In this document: positions 37,942-51,542 of the stretch, one piece after another
How the letters are laid out: each line of letters begins with the position of its first letter
How positions within the stretch are numbered: the stretch's first letter is position 1
Assembly (NCBI RefSeq): GCF_001194135.2
Contig: NC_068981.1
Span: 199,259,096 to 199,323,095, forward strand
Direction of reading: 5' to 3'
Length of the DNA stretch: 64,000 nt
Source of the DNA: Octopus bimaculoides
Lineage: Eukaryota
Made by a program: the position numbers and the translations under genes
Notes under the pieces: generated by a model
Told to the model about the DNA's origin: nothing
What the model saw: the letters and a program-made list of their open reading frames with translations, nothing else
Databases searched by the model: none

Positions 37942-39549
37942 CGTGTGTGTGTGTGTGTGTGTGCGTGTGTGCATAAGACATATGCAAACAGAGAGTTTGA
38001 TATTTACTCACTGATTCTGGTTCAGATAGTTACAGTAGTTTTTGGTGCACCAATATTGGAACCAAGAAAACAAGCATCCATCCAGCTATTCTGAGAACTC
38101 AACTGCTTATATACATTCAGCTGTTATTTCTAGCAGGTCGAGCGACCCCATAGAACTTCCCTTGCTAGCCTCATGTCATCTGGGGTCACATCTTACCATT
38201 GACTTTGTGTTAGAGAAATATTAAACTATTGACGACTTGGTCATTGGATATTTTTTGGTTCAACATTTCAATCAATAAAGTCAGTTAATTTCTTCAACGT
38301 TTCCCTTCGTTTGGCTCGTTATCTCAATTTCTGAGAATGTTCCTTGTTTTTAAGTAATGAAAACCCACTACTGGCCACAAAATATTTCAACTTCTACAAC
38401 TTTAACATTAATATCTCTTCTGTGTGGTGTCATTCATTTTGACTTAGACAAGTCAGTCACCTTTACAGTTTTTTTTTGTGATACGAAATGGCTTTTTGCC
38501 AGAAAATTTCCTTTTTTTCTTTCATTCTGTTGTATTGTTTTCTGAGAAATCAATGAGTTTGTTGAAATAATACCACAAACAACAGACTAGCTCTGTTAAC
38601 AATGACTATACATTGACTAGATTTTTGCCAAAATCTATAGAACTGCAATAATGTACTTGTATTTCCATGTTTAAAACAGCTACTTGAGAAAACTGACAAA
38701 GAAATATTACCAAAACTCAGTTGTAATTTATTTTGTTCTCATACTGTGTCACTCTGAGAATCACAAAAACCTTCTTTCGTTATTAGTTTATTTCTTTTGA
38801 AGGTCTCTCACTCATATAATCATTGAGAAGATAAATTAGAATTAAGACTAAGTGACTGAAAATGATACGATCGGGAAGACATTCATGAAACCAGCCACCT
38901 CTGCTTGTAATTAACAATCTTTCTTGTTCTCGCATGTAATCTGCCTCCGTATGAAAGGAAGAGTAGACAAGCTCTTGGGAAAATGTGTGGTGCTACAAAA
39001 GCAAAGAAAGATATCAGAGAATGTAAAAAATCTGAAATAATGTGAGTATGAGATGAGAGAGTAGCTGTGCACTCAACAATATGGCAAACTTTGCTTTCAG
39101 TCCACGTTTTGCTTCCTTCATTTCTCTCTCTCCACTCATCCCCTGATTATCATTTCCATTCACCCGCTCCCACCCCCATCAGCATCAATACTCCATTTCA
39201 TTTTACTCTCCTTCATTTGCCATCTTCTGATTCAGCTAATAACACTTCTCTATTGTCTCAACACTCAGACAAATGATGGTAAAATATCAGAATCTTTTAA
39301 TCTCTTTATAAGGAATCTACTCACTGAACTCTTTGGCAAAGTCTACTTGAGATTAAATTTTGACAATATGGACGACAACGACGACGATGACAACCACCAC
39401 CACCACCACCACCACGACAACCACCACCACCACCACCACCACCAATTTCTTTGGATAATGAAAGCTAATTCAGATCAAATGTTGCTTACATACATATTTT
39501 CAGAGGACAATGTTCAGGGACTGCGATATTGTGTAGGTTCCACCTCCCC

Positions 39550-39588
<39 letters not shown>

Positions 39589-40087
39589 NNNNNNNNNNNN
39601 NNNNNNNNNNNNNNNNNNNNNNNNNNNNNNNNNNNNNNNNNNNNNNNNNNNNNNNNNNNNNNNNNNNNNNNNNNNNNNNNNNNNNNNNNNNNNNNNNNNN
39701 NNNNNNNNNNNNNNNNNNNNNNNNNNNNNNNNNNNNNNNNNNNNNNNNNNNNNNNNNNNNNNNNNNNNNNNNNNNNNNNNNNNNNNNNNNNNNNNNNNNN
39801 NNNNNNNNNNNNNNNNNNNNNNNNNNNNNNNNNNNNNNNNNNNNNNNNNNNNNNNNNNNNNNNNNNNNNNNNNNNNNNNNNNNNNNNNNNNNNNNNNNNN
39901 NNNNNNNNNNNNNNNNNNNNNNNNNNNNNNNNNNNNNNNNNNNNNNNNNNNNNNNNNNNNNNNNNNNNNNNNNNNNNNNNNNNNNNNNNNNNNNNNNNNN
40001 NNNNNNNNNNNNNNNNNNNNNNNNNNNNNNNNNNNNNNNNNNNNNNNNNNNNNNNNNNNNNNNNNNNNNNNNNNNNNNNNNNNNNNN

Positions 40088-40154
<67 letters not shown>

Positions 40155-40474
40155 ATCAAAATAAGCAACAAGGATATTCAAAGTTAATGCAGTATGATCG
40201 TTTCATGCGACTCCATTTATTTATGCAATGTGAACATTACATCAAATGTAAAATGCAGAGCAATCCTCAACTACACAAAGAGATAGAAATTTACTGAAAT
40301 CTTATTTCAACAGAAGGACATATTGTTGTAATTACATTTAAACTCTCCAAGTGGAAAGGAAGAATACAAAAAAGCATTTTGACTTAGCCAGACCATACAG
40401 GCTAGTAATTAATTCTAGTCACTGATTTTTAACTGTCACTGATTTTATATGTTTTTTGTTTCATCTTATCAGAC

Positions 40475-40830
40475 CTATAGGTCTGACTGTCTCCCATGCT
40501 GATGGCACGTAAAAAGCACCATCCGAACGTGGTCGATGCCAGGTCCACATGACTGACCCCTGTGCCGGTGGCACATAGAAAGCACCATTTGAACATGATC
40601 CTTGCCAGGACTGCCTTACTGGCTCCTGTGCTGGTGGCACATAAAAAGCACCTACTACACTCTTGGAGTGGTTGGCGTTAGGAAGAGCATCCAGCTGTAG
40701 GAACATTGCCAGACCAGACTGGAGCCTGGTGCAGACACTGGCTTTCCAGGCCTCAGTCAAACCGTCCAACCCATGCCAGCATGGAAAGCGGACGTTAAAC
40801 GATGTTGATGATGATGATGATGATGATAAC
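40475..40830 (+). mobile_element. RTE 3' UTR with 3 array units and tail
   Basis: Three gtggcac.taaaaagcacc units then the canonical tail. Confidence 0.85.
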
Positions 40831-40854
40831 TAGATATGATGACACACAACAGGC

Positions 40855-40975
40855 TCCTTTTAATTTCAGTTTGCCAGATCCCCTCACAAGGATTTGGTGG
40901 TCCTGGAGCTATAGTAGAAGACACTTGTCCAAGGTGCCATGCAGTGGCACTGAGCCTCAAACCATGTGCGTGCAT
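40855..40975 (-). mobile_element. Family A SINE fragment
   Basis: gctatagtagaagacacttgtccaaggtgccatgcagtgg. Confidence 0.75.
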
Positions 40976-40991
40976 ATATATTATATACACA

Positions 40992-41031
<40 letters not shown>

Positions 41032-42431
41032 CATACAAACACACACACACACACACATATATATGAGAGAGAAATATGAAAGCATTTCATAAAGAATTTT
41101 CACCAATTTCAATTCCTTTCATCCAATTAGATTTTTTAAAGACATTCCATGAATTTAACTTTTAGCAATGAGCCAGTGAAATATGAGAAGAAGTAATTGT
41201 GTCCTGCAATGCCACAGAGATACTAACAGGAAATAACCTTTCACAGTCAAAAGAAGAAGCCATCAATGCCAGATTTTTATGTTCGAAAGTCTGTGACTGG
41301 CATGTCATCATATAATTTCAATTGTCTCACAAGAATCTTCTGTAGAGTTAGAATAATATTGTGGCATTGATTCCACAAAGACCACTGAAAAAAAAAAAAA
41401 CTTAGTGCCACAATAATTTTATTAAAGGTTGTTCACATTAATATTGTAATGGAGATACATCAGGCTAAAATATGAAAAAAATACTTTTTTCACTTATTTT
41501 TCTTTTTTCTCATTAGCAATGATTGGATGGTGAATAAATTTGGAAATTTGTCTGGAAGTTATAGAACATGTGCTCTTGTATGGTTACCATTAACGAAATA
41601 TGTTTATTTGTGAAAGTTATAGAATATTATTCGATTGATGCTACAACAGTGTTCTTACACTGGCGGCACTACTCAACTAATTATTATTTATCTGTAAATC
41701 AAGTGGAATCCATTTTTCTTCACATTTTTTATTCAGTAGAAAACTAACTTGTTTGGATTTTACTGTCAGCTATAGTTCTGTTATTTTATCCATTGGAAGA
41801 ATAAAATGCAAATGGCAGCTTTTCTAAGAGATGCCGGTAGTTTAGAAGAATGCAAAATTAATATTCAACATAAGTCTACTTGAGACATATATACACACAT
41901 ATAGACAAATATACCTCACCACACACATATAAATGTGTATGTATGTGTGTGGCTATTTATATAAGTGCTTGTACATTGTCCTAAAAGTATCACTTTGGCA
42001 ACAAAGCCATTTGTATATGAAAATTGCTTAATGCAGATTTTGGTGTAAGGGTTAAGGGTGAATGGCAAAATGCATCAAAACAAAATATGGTTGATCGAGG
42101 AAGAGATAATCCTTGACCAAGAGAATTTCATGTTTCCAGGAAACATTTGTGATTCTTACTATGTGCCACGAAATGGCTGAGTATACCTATGATGAATGCC
42201 TTCTAGCAGTGACCAACCATTTTGGGGTAAACATAATGTTGGCTATCACAAATTATTGTAATTGCCTTCGAAAATATATTTGATGCAAGCTTAGAAATAT
42301 GCTTGTTACTTTTATATTAACAAAAGTTCTATTCATTTCCTTGTGACCATATTCATATATTTCAAGCAACATGCCATCTTGATATGATATTTCCTCAGAG
42401 TACCAAGGAGTTTGAATCAAACTGTTTTGAT

Positions 42432-42489
<58 letters not shown>

Positions 42490-42534
42490 GCACACACATG
42501 TATATAAATATTTAAAAGCTTTTACTTGATACAG

Positions 42535-42770
42535 TTACAATGGGTGCTGGTGCCACATAAGGAGCACTTGTGCTGGTGCCACATAAAAGGTGCCCAGCAC
42601 ACTCTGTCAAGTGGCTGACTTTAGGTAGGGCATCCAGCCAAAAAACCCCGTGCTAAAACAGACAAATGGGGTCTAGTGCGGCTGGCTGGCTTGTCAGATT
42701 CTGTCAAACTGTCCAAACGGCTGCCAGCATGATAAATGGATGTTAAATGATGATGACGGTGATGAAGAAG
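42535..42770 (+). mobile_element. Degenerate RTE tail
   Basis: gtgctggtgccacataa x2...gggcatccagcc...ggatgttaaatgatgatg. Confidence 0.7.
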
Positions 42771-42877
42771 AGGAGAATGTCAACAGCTTTTGGTGGAAGA
42801 AGTTTGTGTATAATGTGTATTTTGTGTGTAAGCACTTTTGTTATTCAATTTTTCAAACGCCTGTTCTTGGCTAATGT

Positions 42878-42929
<52 letters not shown>

Positions 42930-43119
42930 CCCTATTGATATCTTCATGAACAAGTGTCTCAGTAAGTAAATACGTAGTGTACATGTGTGGACGTATAGTA
43001 AACATTTGGATGTGCAGTACACATGCATACTATACATATAAAGGTACAGTATTATAGGTGTATTGTATAAAGGGGAATATCCATAGCGTACATGTGTAAC
43101 ATAAATATAGTGGTTGTAT

Positions 43120-43193
<74 letters not shown>

Positions 43194-44384
43194 GGTATAT
43201 ATATAGGTATATATATACATCTATATATATATATATAAACAATTGCCTCAGAATCTATTAGTCAAAAGATGTACCACACACACACACAATAAGAATGTAG
43301 CTGTATAATATAGATGTATTTCCTCATCCTTTAATTCAATCTTTAAAAGCAGACAATCCCTACATTTACACAGTAATTTGCATGCCACCCACTTAAAATT
43401 ATTGATGCTTTATTATTGAAAATCATGTTTGCTTTTGTCTTTTAGCTTTTTGTTTGTATTTCCCATGTTCTTGGGAAGAAAAATGATGTAATTATCCCAA
43501 TAGCATTTGTAAATATTTGTCAGTGATATTTGCTATAGAACCATAAACTCTTTTATATTTTCTGTATTGAACTAAAGCACATTTTATTTAAAGTAGTTTA
43601 CGCTTGTAACCAACATCTACAATGTAATGTTTTATCATTACATCTAACCTTTTGTATTTCTTTTCAAACTTTATGAATAAAAATCAACAGAGAAGAAATG
43701 AGAAATAATTCCCAACTTGTTTCTTTTTCTTTACACTTGTTTATCGTTTAAAATACAAATGTGAGCTGCAAATAGTTCTCGTATTTATCAACATAATAAC
43801 AAATCCATAATTTTCAAAGTAACAATAATACAGCTTTCTTCTGTTTGTTATTGAAAATATCTCATGTTATTAAAAATTTCACCTCTTCAAGAAAATCAGT
43901 TCAAAATTGTCGAAGTTTGGGTAATACTATTGATAAATTTTGATTGTTTTTGTTGATATTTTAATCCGATTAGTCTTCATCTAATCCTAAGAACCTTTAG
44001 CAAACATTTCAGTACTTCTGAAATACGGATTATTCTACATAAAACAGAATTTCTTCAATAGGATTGGGGCATGTTATCGAAGGGATTAAACAATATTGTC
44101 TTTCTTAAGAATCTGTGATAAAACTATTAAATTGCATTGTGGAATTATAAGTTAGATGTTATATGGAACAGCTTGAGTTTATCTTCAGAGGCAAAATAAA
44201 GTTGGCTGAAAATCTGATTCTCAGGTAGAAGAAGGAAAAACAATATATTTTAATCCAATACATTAAAAAAAAAAACACAACTTTTCAGTGGAATTTATGG
44301 CTCTGTTTATTTTAGCAGTGAATTGGTTTTATAACATTGAAGTAATGTTGGGACATGTTGGGACTTTGCATTTGAAAAACCTAA

Positions 44385-44700
44385 AGAAGAGAAACAGGGA
44401 ACATGTAAGAGAGCATCAACAACAGTTGTTTGTCCATGTGTCTCTTGTTGCAACAATACCATAAACCCATGCAACCCGTTGAAGTTTTGAGGGTAACCAG
44501 AAAACTTGCCCCATCCTCAGTCCTACTTGCAAGACTTAGGACCCCTTTGGCTGAATGGGGCTGCAGCTGAGAGGGAGACAGCTTTATGCAAGGAGACGAG
44601 GGGTTAAAGTATAACAGAAGGGGTTTCTTGGCACAGAGGAGATGCATGACTGACCCCATTATATGAGAGATGGAAGTAACTGGGATAGAGTTGGAAAGGA
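44385..44700 (-). mobile_element. Penelope-like 3' end (pLTR) relic with decayed hammerhead motif
   Basis: Minus strand CTGAGGATGGGG..CCCTCAAAACTTCAAC (44520-44478), interpretable as CpG-decayed CTGANGA..CGAAACGTCGAC. Confidence 0.4.
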
Positions 44701-45329
44701 AGATAAGAATGGTGGTGGCGGTGGCGGTGAGGTGACAGAGTGGAGCGTAACTAAAGGTTGTATTATATGTATGGGATAATGTTTTTGTTTATGAGAAAAA
44801 TGAACAAATAAGGGTGAATATTTTATGAGTGCTGTGTATTAAGTCTATAAAATTGTGCATAAAGTATATAAGGTGTATATATAAATTGTATATATAAAGT
44901 GCATTAAGTAATGATTGTATAATAATTTCTATCACTTTTCAATGATTAGCAGATGAGCGACTGTCTTTCCATACAGACACACCATAGGCTATGCTTTCAG
45001 GTTTTTTTGGATAAAGTTTTCAGAAATAACCCAATGGGTTTACCATTAATTCCGTGAAATATTCACGGGTCCAGCTAATAGTAATAATGATACAATAGAG
45101 AACCAAATATGGGTAGAGAGGAGGGAGATGAAGTGAAATGGTTCTGGGTAGTGAGAAAGAAGGGGTATCAAAGAGAAATAGTCAAGTTTGCAGTTCTACT
45201 TAACATTTAAATACAACAGCAGAATGCTGCAATTAAAGAAACGACTAGTAGGGGGGATGTCTTGAGGAAGAGATGAGGTGAAGGGTCCAGTTGTATCTAT
45301 GTCATCTTCATTTAATATTCTCCTTCCCT

Positions 45330-46030
45330 GCAGGCATAGATTGGACCGTTTGATAGGGGCCAACTAGTGAGAGGGTTGCACTGATCAGTAATATCTGCTT
45401 TAACAGGGTTTCTATAACTGGAGGCCCTTCCTAATGCTCACCATTTTACAGAGTGTACTGGTTGCTTTTTACATGACACCAGTGACATTGAGGTCACCAA
45501 TGTAAGACAAGACCTCCCCACCCTCAGTTGAGGGTGGGGAGATGGTTTTGTGCCTCGTGATGCAAGGTTAGAGTGTGAGTAGAGGGAGAGAAATAGGTGT
45601 CTTGCAGTGGAGGTCATACGTGGCTACTCCACTTGAAAAAGAAGAGAGAGAAAAGATGGTGAATATGTGACGACAAGGAAGTGATGTGGTACAGAAGATT
45701 GGATAGGGTGGTGAGTGGTGGGTAAGTTTGTGAAAGAGGAGTGGGAGATAGAAGAGAGGGGGATGCAGAGGGTGAACACGGGTGGAGGGAGAGGGTGTCA
45801 GGGTGATATGTTGTGGAGGAGAGGTTTTCCGGGAAGAGTGTGGGCCTTGATCTTACTTAGATGGATGGATCTTATCAAGGACAGGGAATTGTCAATCATC
45901 TTGGTCTTTTGTCATCTCTTCTGTAAGGTCTGACATCTGAAGATCATTCTTCACCATTTCACCCTATGTCTTCCTGGGTCTTCTTCTTCCACAGGTTCCA
46001 TCCACATTTAGTGACTGCCACTTCTGTATG
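45330..46030 (-). mobile_element. RTE-tailed non-autonomous element plus adjacent RTE C-terminal fragment
   Basis: Body homologous to 7860-8480; 45900-46030 encodes TCGRRRPRKT*GEMVKNDL-like text on minus. Confidence 0.65.
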
Positions 46031-47309
46031 TAGCTATCGCACATACACACACACACACGTATGTGTGTGATGAGCATCAATCGGTTTCCGTCAACCAAAT
46101 TTTTCTCCCAGTTTATTGTTCAATCCCAAGGCTATAAGCAGAAAATACTTTTATATTTTTGGTTAGAAATTGAATGGTTTCAAAGAGAACTCCTTACCAC
46201 ACAGCTATGCTTGCACCATATTTCGAAACTTTTCTCATATTAAAACAAGATCTATGTAATAAATGTTTATAGTGTTGAATTCTAGAACCATACTAAAGAA
46301 GTAATTATTTTCTTCTTTCATTTCACAATTTTATTTATTGAAGTCCTAATTTTTGTGGTCAATAAATAAAATTCAAAAGATTCTAAAAACCTGGAATAGA
46401 ATTAATAGGAACTTGAAGTTTACATCTGAATAATTCTGTTAAATTCCAAGCAAATAATTATGATCATGTTGTTATTTGAATATCAAATGAGAATACAGTG
46501 GAGTCATCAAAGCAATAATTTAACAATAGACTGGTTTACATAGCTTTAACAGACTTTTAACTGAATGACTCAGAGAAATGTACTTTATTAAATGATGAGA
46601 AACACAAATTCTTTTATGTAGGGAACCAAATAATGCTTTCACTGCATAAATGAATGATATTAAGAGAAGCCATTTTACAAACGTGACTGATTTATTCCCC
46701 AGGGTTTACATGTCTTACATCTGAGGAGGACCTTATGAATTATTTATTAAAAGAGTTTTAAGAAGAAGCATTAAAAGGTTTTGATGATCAACTGTGAATT
46801 TGTTTAGCCATTTTAGCACACTTCATTTAAACTTGACCAATGGAAATGATGGAAAAAAGATACTTGCCCAAAATGCTGTGCTGTAGGATTGAACCTGAAG
46901 CCACATAGTTGGTGAGAAAACTTGACACTTAACCACAGAGATACATTAAGAAGAATGAAACTTTGACCTGGGTTGGGTGAAGTGAAACACAAGAAAACAT
47001 CGAACCAAATACAGTTATAATTCTAGTTCCATATCTGAGAGAAAATATTGCAGCCGTCTCTTTGAAAACTCTCAGAATGGGCTGAACCATCAATTGCTGT
47101 ATATTAATTATCTCTTTACAATTCTTTAATTAATAAAAAGAAGAAATCATTAATTATTCCTCCCAATTAGTTATAATATTATATTGAAGCTATTACAAAT
47201 ATAGCCTTTCATTTGTTATACATCTTTAATGTTTCTTAACCACAGAATGCAAGTTGTTCTCAGTGATTAATTGATGGGCTGTGATTGGGATAAGAGAAAC
47301 TTCTCTTAC

Positions 47310-47368
47310 ATTATGTTAAAACCATTTTGAATGAAGGCATCTGGGCGGACAAATTGGCCAGATACTTT
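47310..47368 (-). CDS. Candidate exon (KVSGQFVRPDAFIQNGFNI)
   Basis: Acceptor ctaatctttcag, donor GTAAGA, one open frame, 59 nt. Confidence 0.35.
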
Positions 47369-47541
47369 CTGAAAGATTAGCTGCTTAGTTTTACCATGGT
47401 CAATTAATCTAATTTAATCCACAAAGATTGTGTATTTATTTTACAGTGAGATCAAAACTTTCTTTCATATTTTCTTCTTTCATTCATATTCTCACTCTCT
47501 GTCTGTCCGTTTGTCTAACTTTCTCTCTTTCTCTTTCTCTT

Positions 47542-47627
<86 letters not shown>

Positions 47628-47629
<2 letters not shown>

Positions 47630-47819
47630 AGAATAAGGGCAGAGAATCGTCAATTAATAATAGAATTAATAATTAACAATTTTGCCAAGTAGTTCAGTAT
47701 GAAAAAAACCTTTATCGGTAAAACTATTTATCATCATAAATATACAGGGATTAGCAATTGAGTTGCTTCTCCAACATACTGAAAATTTAGAAATAGCAGT
47801 CAAAGAACTACTGATTCCA
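47628..47819 (+). repeat. (TA)n-flanked unclassified element, copy 1 (runs into gap)
   Basis: Near-identical reverse complement of 61010-61213. Confidence 0.85.
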
Positions 47820-48551
47820 NNNNNNNNNNNNNNNNNNNNNNNNNNNNNNNNNNNNNNNNNNNNNNNNNNNNNNNNNNNNNNNNNNNNNNNNNNNNNNNNN
47901 NNNNNNNNNNNNNNNNNNNNNNNNNNNNNNNNNNNNNNNNNNNNNNNNNNNNNNNNNNNNNNNNNNNNNNNNNNNNNNNNNNNNNNNNNNNNNNNNNNNN
48001 NNNNNNNNNNNNNNNNNNNNNNNNNNNNNNNNNNNNNNNNNNNNNNNNNNNNNNNNNNNNNNNNNNNNNNNNNNNNNNNNNNNNNNNNNNNNNNNNNNNN
48101 NNNNNNNNNNNNNNNNNNNNNNNNNNNNNNNNNNNNNNNNNNNNNNNNNNNNNNNNNNNNNNNNNNNNNNNNNNNNNNNNNNNNNNNNNNNNNNNNNNNN
48201 NNNNNNNNNNNNNNNNNNNNNNNNNNNNNNNNNNNNNNNNNNNNNNNNNNNNNNNNNNNNNNNNNNNNNNNNNNNNNNNNNNNNNNNNNNNNNNNNNNNN
48301 NNNNNNNNNNNNNNNNNNNNNNNNNNNNNNNNNNNNNNNNNNNNNNNNNNNNNNNNNNNNNNNNNNNNNNNNNNNNNNNNNNNNNNNNNNNNNNNNNNNN
48401 NNNNNNNNNNNNNNNNNNNNNNNNNNNNNNNNNNNNNNNNNNNNNNNNNNNNNNNNNNNNNNNNNNNNNNNNNNNNNNNNNNNNNNNNNNNNNNNNNNNN
48501 NNNNNNNNNNNNNNNNNNNNNNNNNNNNNNNNNNNNNNNNNNNNNNNNNNN

Positions 48552-49901
48552 CAAAGGTCTCAGTCACTTGTCATTGCCTCTGTGAGGCTCAACATTTGAA
48601 GGTCATGCTTCACCACCTAATCCTGTCTTCCTGGGTCTAATTCTTCCACAAATTCCCTCCACTGTTAGAGTGTGACACTTCTTCACACAGCTGTCCTCAT
48701 CCATACACAACACATGACCATACCAGTGCAGTCATCTCTCTTGCACACCACATCTGATGCTTCTTATGTTCAACTTCTCTCTCAGGATGCTTACACTTCG
48801 TCGTGTATGCACACTGACATTACACATCCAGCAGATCATACTAGCTTCATTTCTTTCAACCCTACGCATGTCCTCAGCATTCATGGCCCATATTTCACTG
48901 CCATGTAGCATGGCAGTTTGCACACATGTATCATACAGTCTACTTTTCACCCTGAGCAAGAGGCCCTTAGTTGCCAGCAGAGGTAGGAGCACCCTGAACT
49001 TTGCCCAGGTTATTCTTACCCCAGTTGCTACACTCACAGAGCATCCACCCCCAATACAGACTTGGTCACCTAGGTAGCAGAAGCTGTCAACTAATTCTAG
49101 TTTTTCCCCTGGCATGTGATGGAATTTGCTTTCTGTACATCTTCAGTGTTTATAGCTCCTGAGCATCTGCTGCACACAAAAACTATTTTCCTGGTTAACC
49201 TTCCTTTGATATTGCTGCACATTTTATGTGTCCATAGCTTACACTGGGTACATCATATGGAGTTTCTACCCATGCCTTTTCTACAGATCAAGCAGGGCCA
49301 TCTACCTGAAGGGGATTGTGGTTTGTCAGCCTTCCTAATTACTAAGACTTTGGTTCTTGCTAGGTTAACCCTAAGGCCTTTTGATTCTAGACCTTGCTTC
49401 CACACCCTAAACTTCGTCTCCAGTTCTGGCAGTGACTTGGTCATTAGAGCAAGGTCATCGGCATAGAGGAGCTCCCAGGGGCAGCCTGTCTCGAATTCCT
49501 CTGTTATTGCCTGACGGACTATAAGGAATAAGAGGGGGCTGAAGACTGATCCTTGGTGGACCCTTACTTCTACCCAGAATTCTTCACTATACTCATTGCC
49601 AATGCTCACCTTACTGACAGCATCCCTGTACAGGGCTTGTACAGCTCTTACCAACCACTCGTCTATCCCCCGTTTCCTCCTTGACCACCAGATAAGGGAT
49701 CGGGGGACCCTGTCAAAGGCTTTCTCCATGTCAACGAAAGCCAGGTACAGAGGTTTATCTTTGGCTAGGTATTTCTCCTGAAGCTGTCTTACCAGAAATA
49801 TAGCATCAGTGGTGCTTTTCCCTGGCACAAACTCAAACTGCATCTCATCTAAACTGACTCTCTCCCTAATTAGTTGGGCTATGACCCTCTCCATCACTTT
49901 C
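48552..49901 (-). mobile_element. RTE LINE with RT core, bounded by gaps
   Basis: KVMERVI..QFEFVPGKSTTDAIF..AFVDMEKAFDRV..HQGSVFSPLLF..LYADDL, Cys-rich insert, YLGDQV..HGSEIW..GVQER. Confidence 0.95.
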
Positions 49902-51362
49902 NNNNNNNNNNNNNNNNNNNNNNNNNNNNNNNNNNNNNNNNNNNNNNNNNNNNNNNNNNNNNNNNNNNNNNNNNNNNNNNNNNNNNNNNNNNNNNNNNNN
50001 NNNNNNNNNNNNNNNNNNNNNNNNNNNNNNNNNNNNNNNNNNNNNNNNNNNNNNNNNNNNNNNNNNNNNNNNNNNNNNNNNNNNNNNNNNNNNNNNNNNN
50101 NNNNNNNNNNNNNNNNNNNNNNNNNNNNNNNNNNNNNNNNNNNNNNNNNNNNNNNNNNNNNNNNNNNNNNNNNNNNNNNNNNNNNNNNNNNNNNNNNNNN
50201 NNNNNNNNNNNNNNNNNNNNNNNNNNNNNNNNNNNNNNNNNNNNNNNNNNNNNNNNNNNNNNNNNNNNNNNNNNNNNNNNNNNNNNNNNNNNNNNNNNNN
50301 NNNNNNNNNNNNNNNNNNNNNNNNNNNNNNNNNNNNNNNNNNNNNNNNNNNNNNNNNNNNNNNNNNNNNNNNNNNNNNNNNNNNNNNNNNNNNNNNNNNN
50401 NNNNNNNNNNNNNNNNNNNNNNNNNNNNNNNNNNNNNNNNNNNNNNNNNNNNNNNNNNNNNNNNNNNNNNNNNNNNNNNNNNNNNNNNNNNNNNNNNNNN
50501 NNNNNNNNNNNNNNNNNNNNNNNNNNNNNNNNNNNNNNNNTATATATATATATATATATATTTACATACACACACACGCTCACTCCCTCCCCCCACACAC
50601 GTATATAGGAGAAAATCAGGAAAGATTCAGGAGGTGAAAGTTCATAATGGTTCAAGTGTGCATAAGTACACTGCAGGATGAGATAGGAAGGAAATGCATC
50701 ATATTGATTCAATGAAGGTAAGTAAACAAAATCCATCCATTGTATCTCTGGTGAAAAACTGGTAACTGAGGGAATGGAAGTTTGTTGCCAATATGCAACT
50801 GTCCAAGAAACAGCTGTAAAGTATTACCTAAACATTTTCTTTCCTTCAATTGCAAGTTTTCCCCCAGTGGTGCCATGGATTTTATGAATCTAAATTAAAT
50901 GAACATTAAGGACTTCTCTGCTTCATTCTCAGCTGTAGTTGCCTGCTGATGATGACAATGATTGTGATGATCCTGATGTGGCTGACACCCACAATGACGA
51001 TACACTTTAGCCAATCCAGCTGAATGTTATACACTTTTTATCAATATATTACCCCTTCATCATTATAATCTACACATTATTATCTATACATTACTATGTA
51101 TTCCTCATTTTCTATACACCATGACTTGTAAATTATTGCCTCTCTTCCATTATCTAAACAATATCTATTTATCATTATTATCTCAATGTTATTATCATTA
51201 CATTATTATCTATACAAAAATACATATTTGAATTGCAATAAGTCAATAATGAAACCAATCTCATTGTAAACAATATTTTTGATGTTACATTGTCTGATTG
51301 AAAGAAAATCATCCAGAAACTTCTCTCTGTTTCCACTCAATGACTTCCTTTGTGACTTCCAG

Positions 51363-51542
51363 GATTTTCTTTCAAATCGCTTCTTCCCCATGTTGGAGCT
51401 TTGTTAAACCACTACAACATGGATCAATGCTACAATGCAACAGTAATGGTACGGAAGTGGCACAGAAATACAACTTTTGAAAAATCAATCATTTCTGCTG
51501 GCAATAAGTGTTGTATAATAAATGCAGATACAGCAGATGGAA
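51363..51542 (+). CDS. Candidate 180-nt phase 1-1 exon (FSFKSLLPHVGALLNHYNMDQCYNATVMVRKWHRNTTFEKSIISAGNKCCIINADTADG)
   Basis: Long pyrimidine tract ending ttccag, 59 stop-free codons, donor GTGAGC; no homology recognised. Confidence 0.3.

Noticed and set aside
47770-47819. Minimal hammerhead at CTGAAAATTTAGAAA
   Set aside because: Core is CTGAAAA rather than CTGANGA and no stem III/UH pairing could be built
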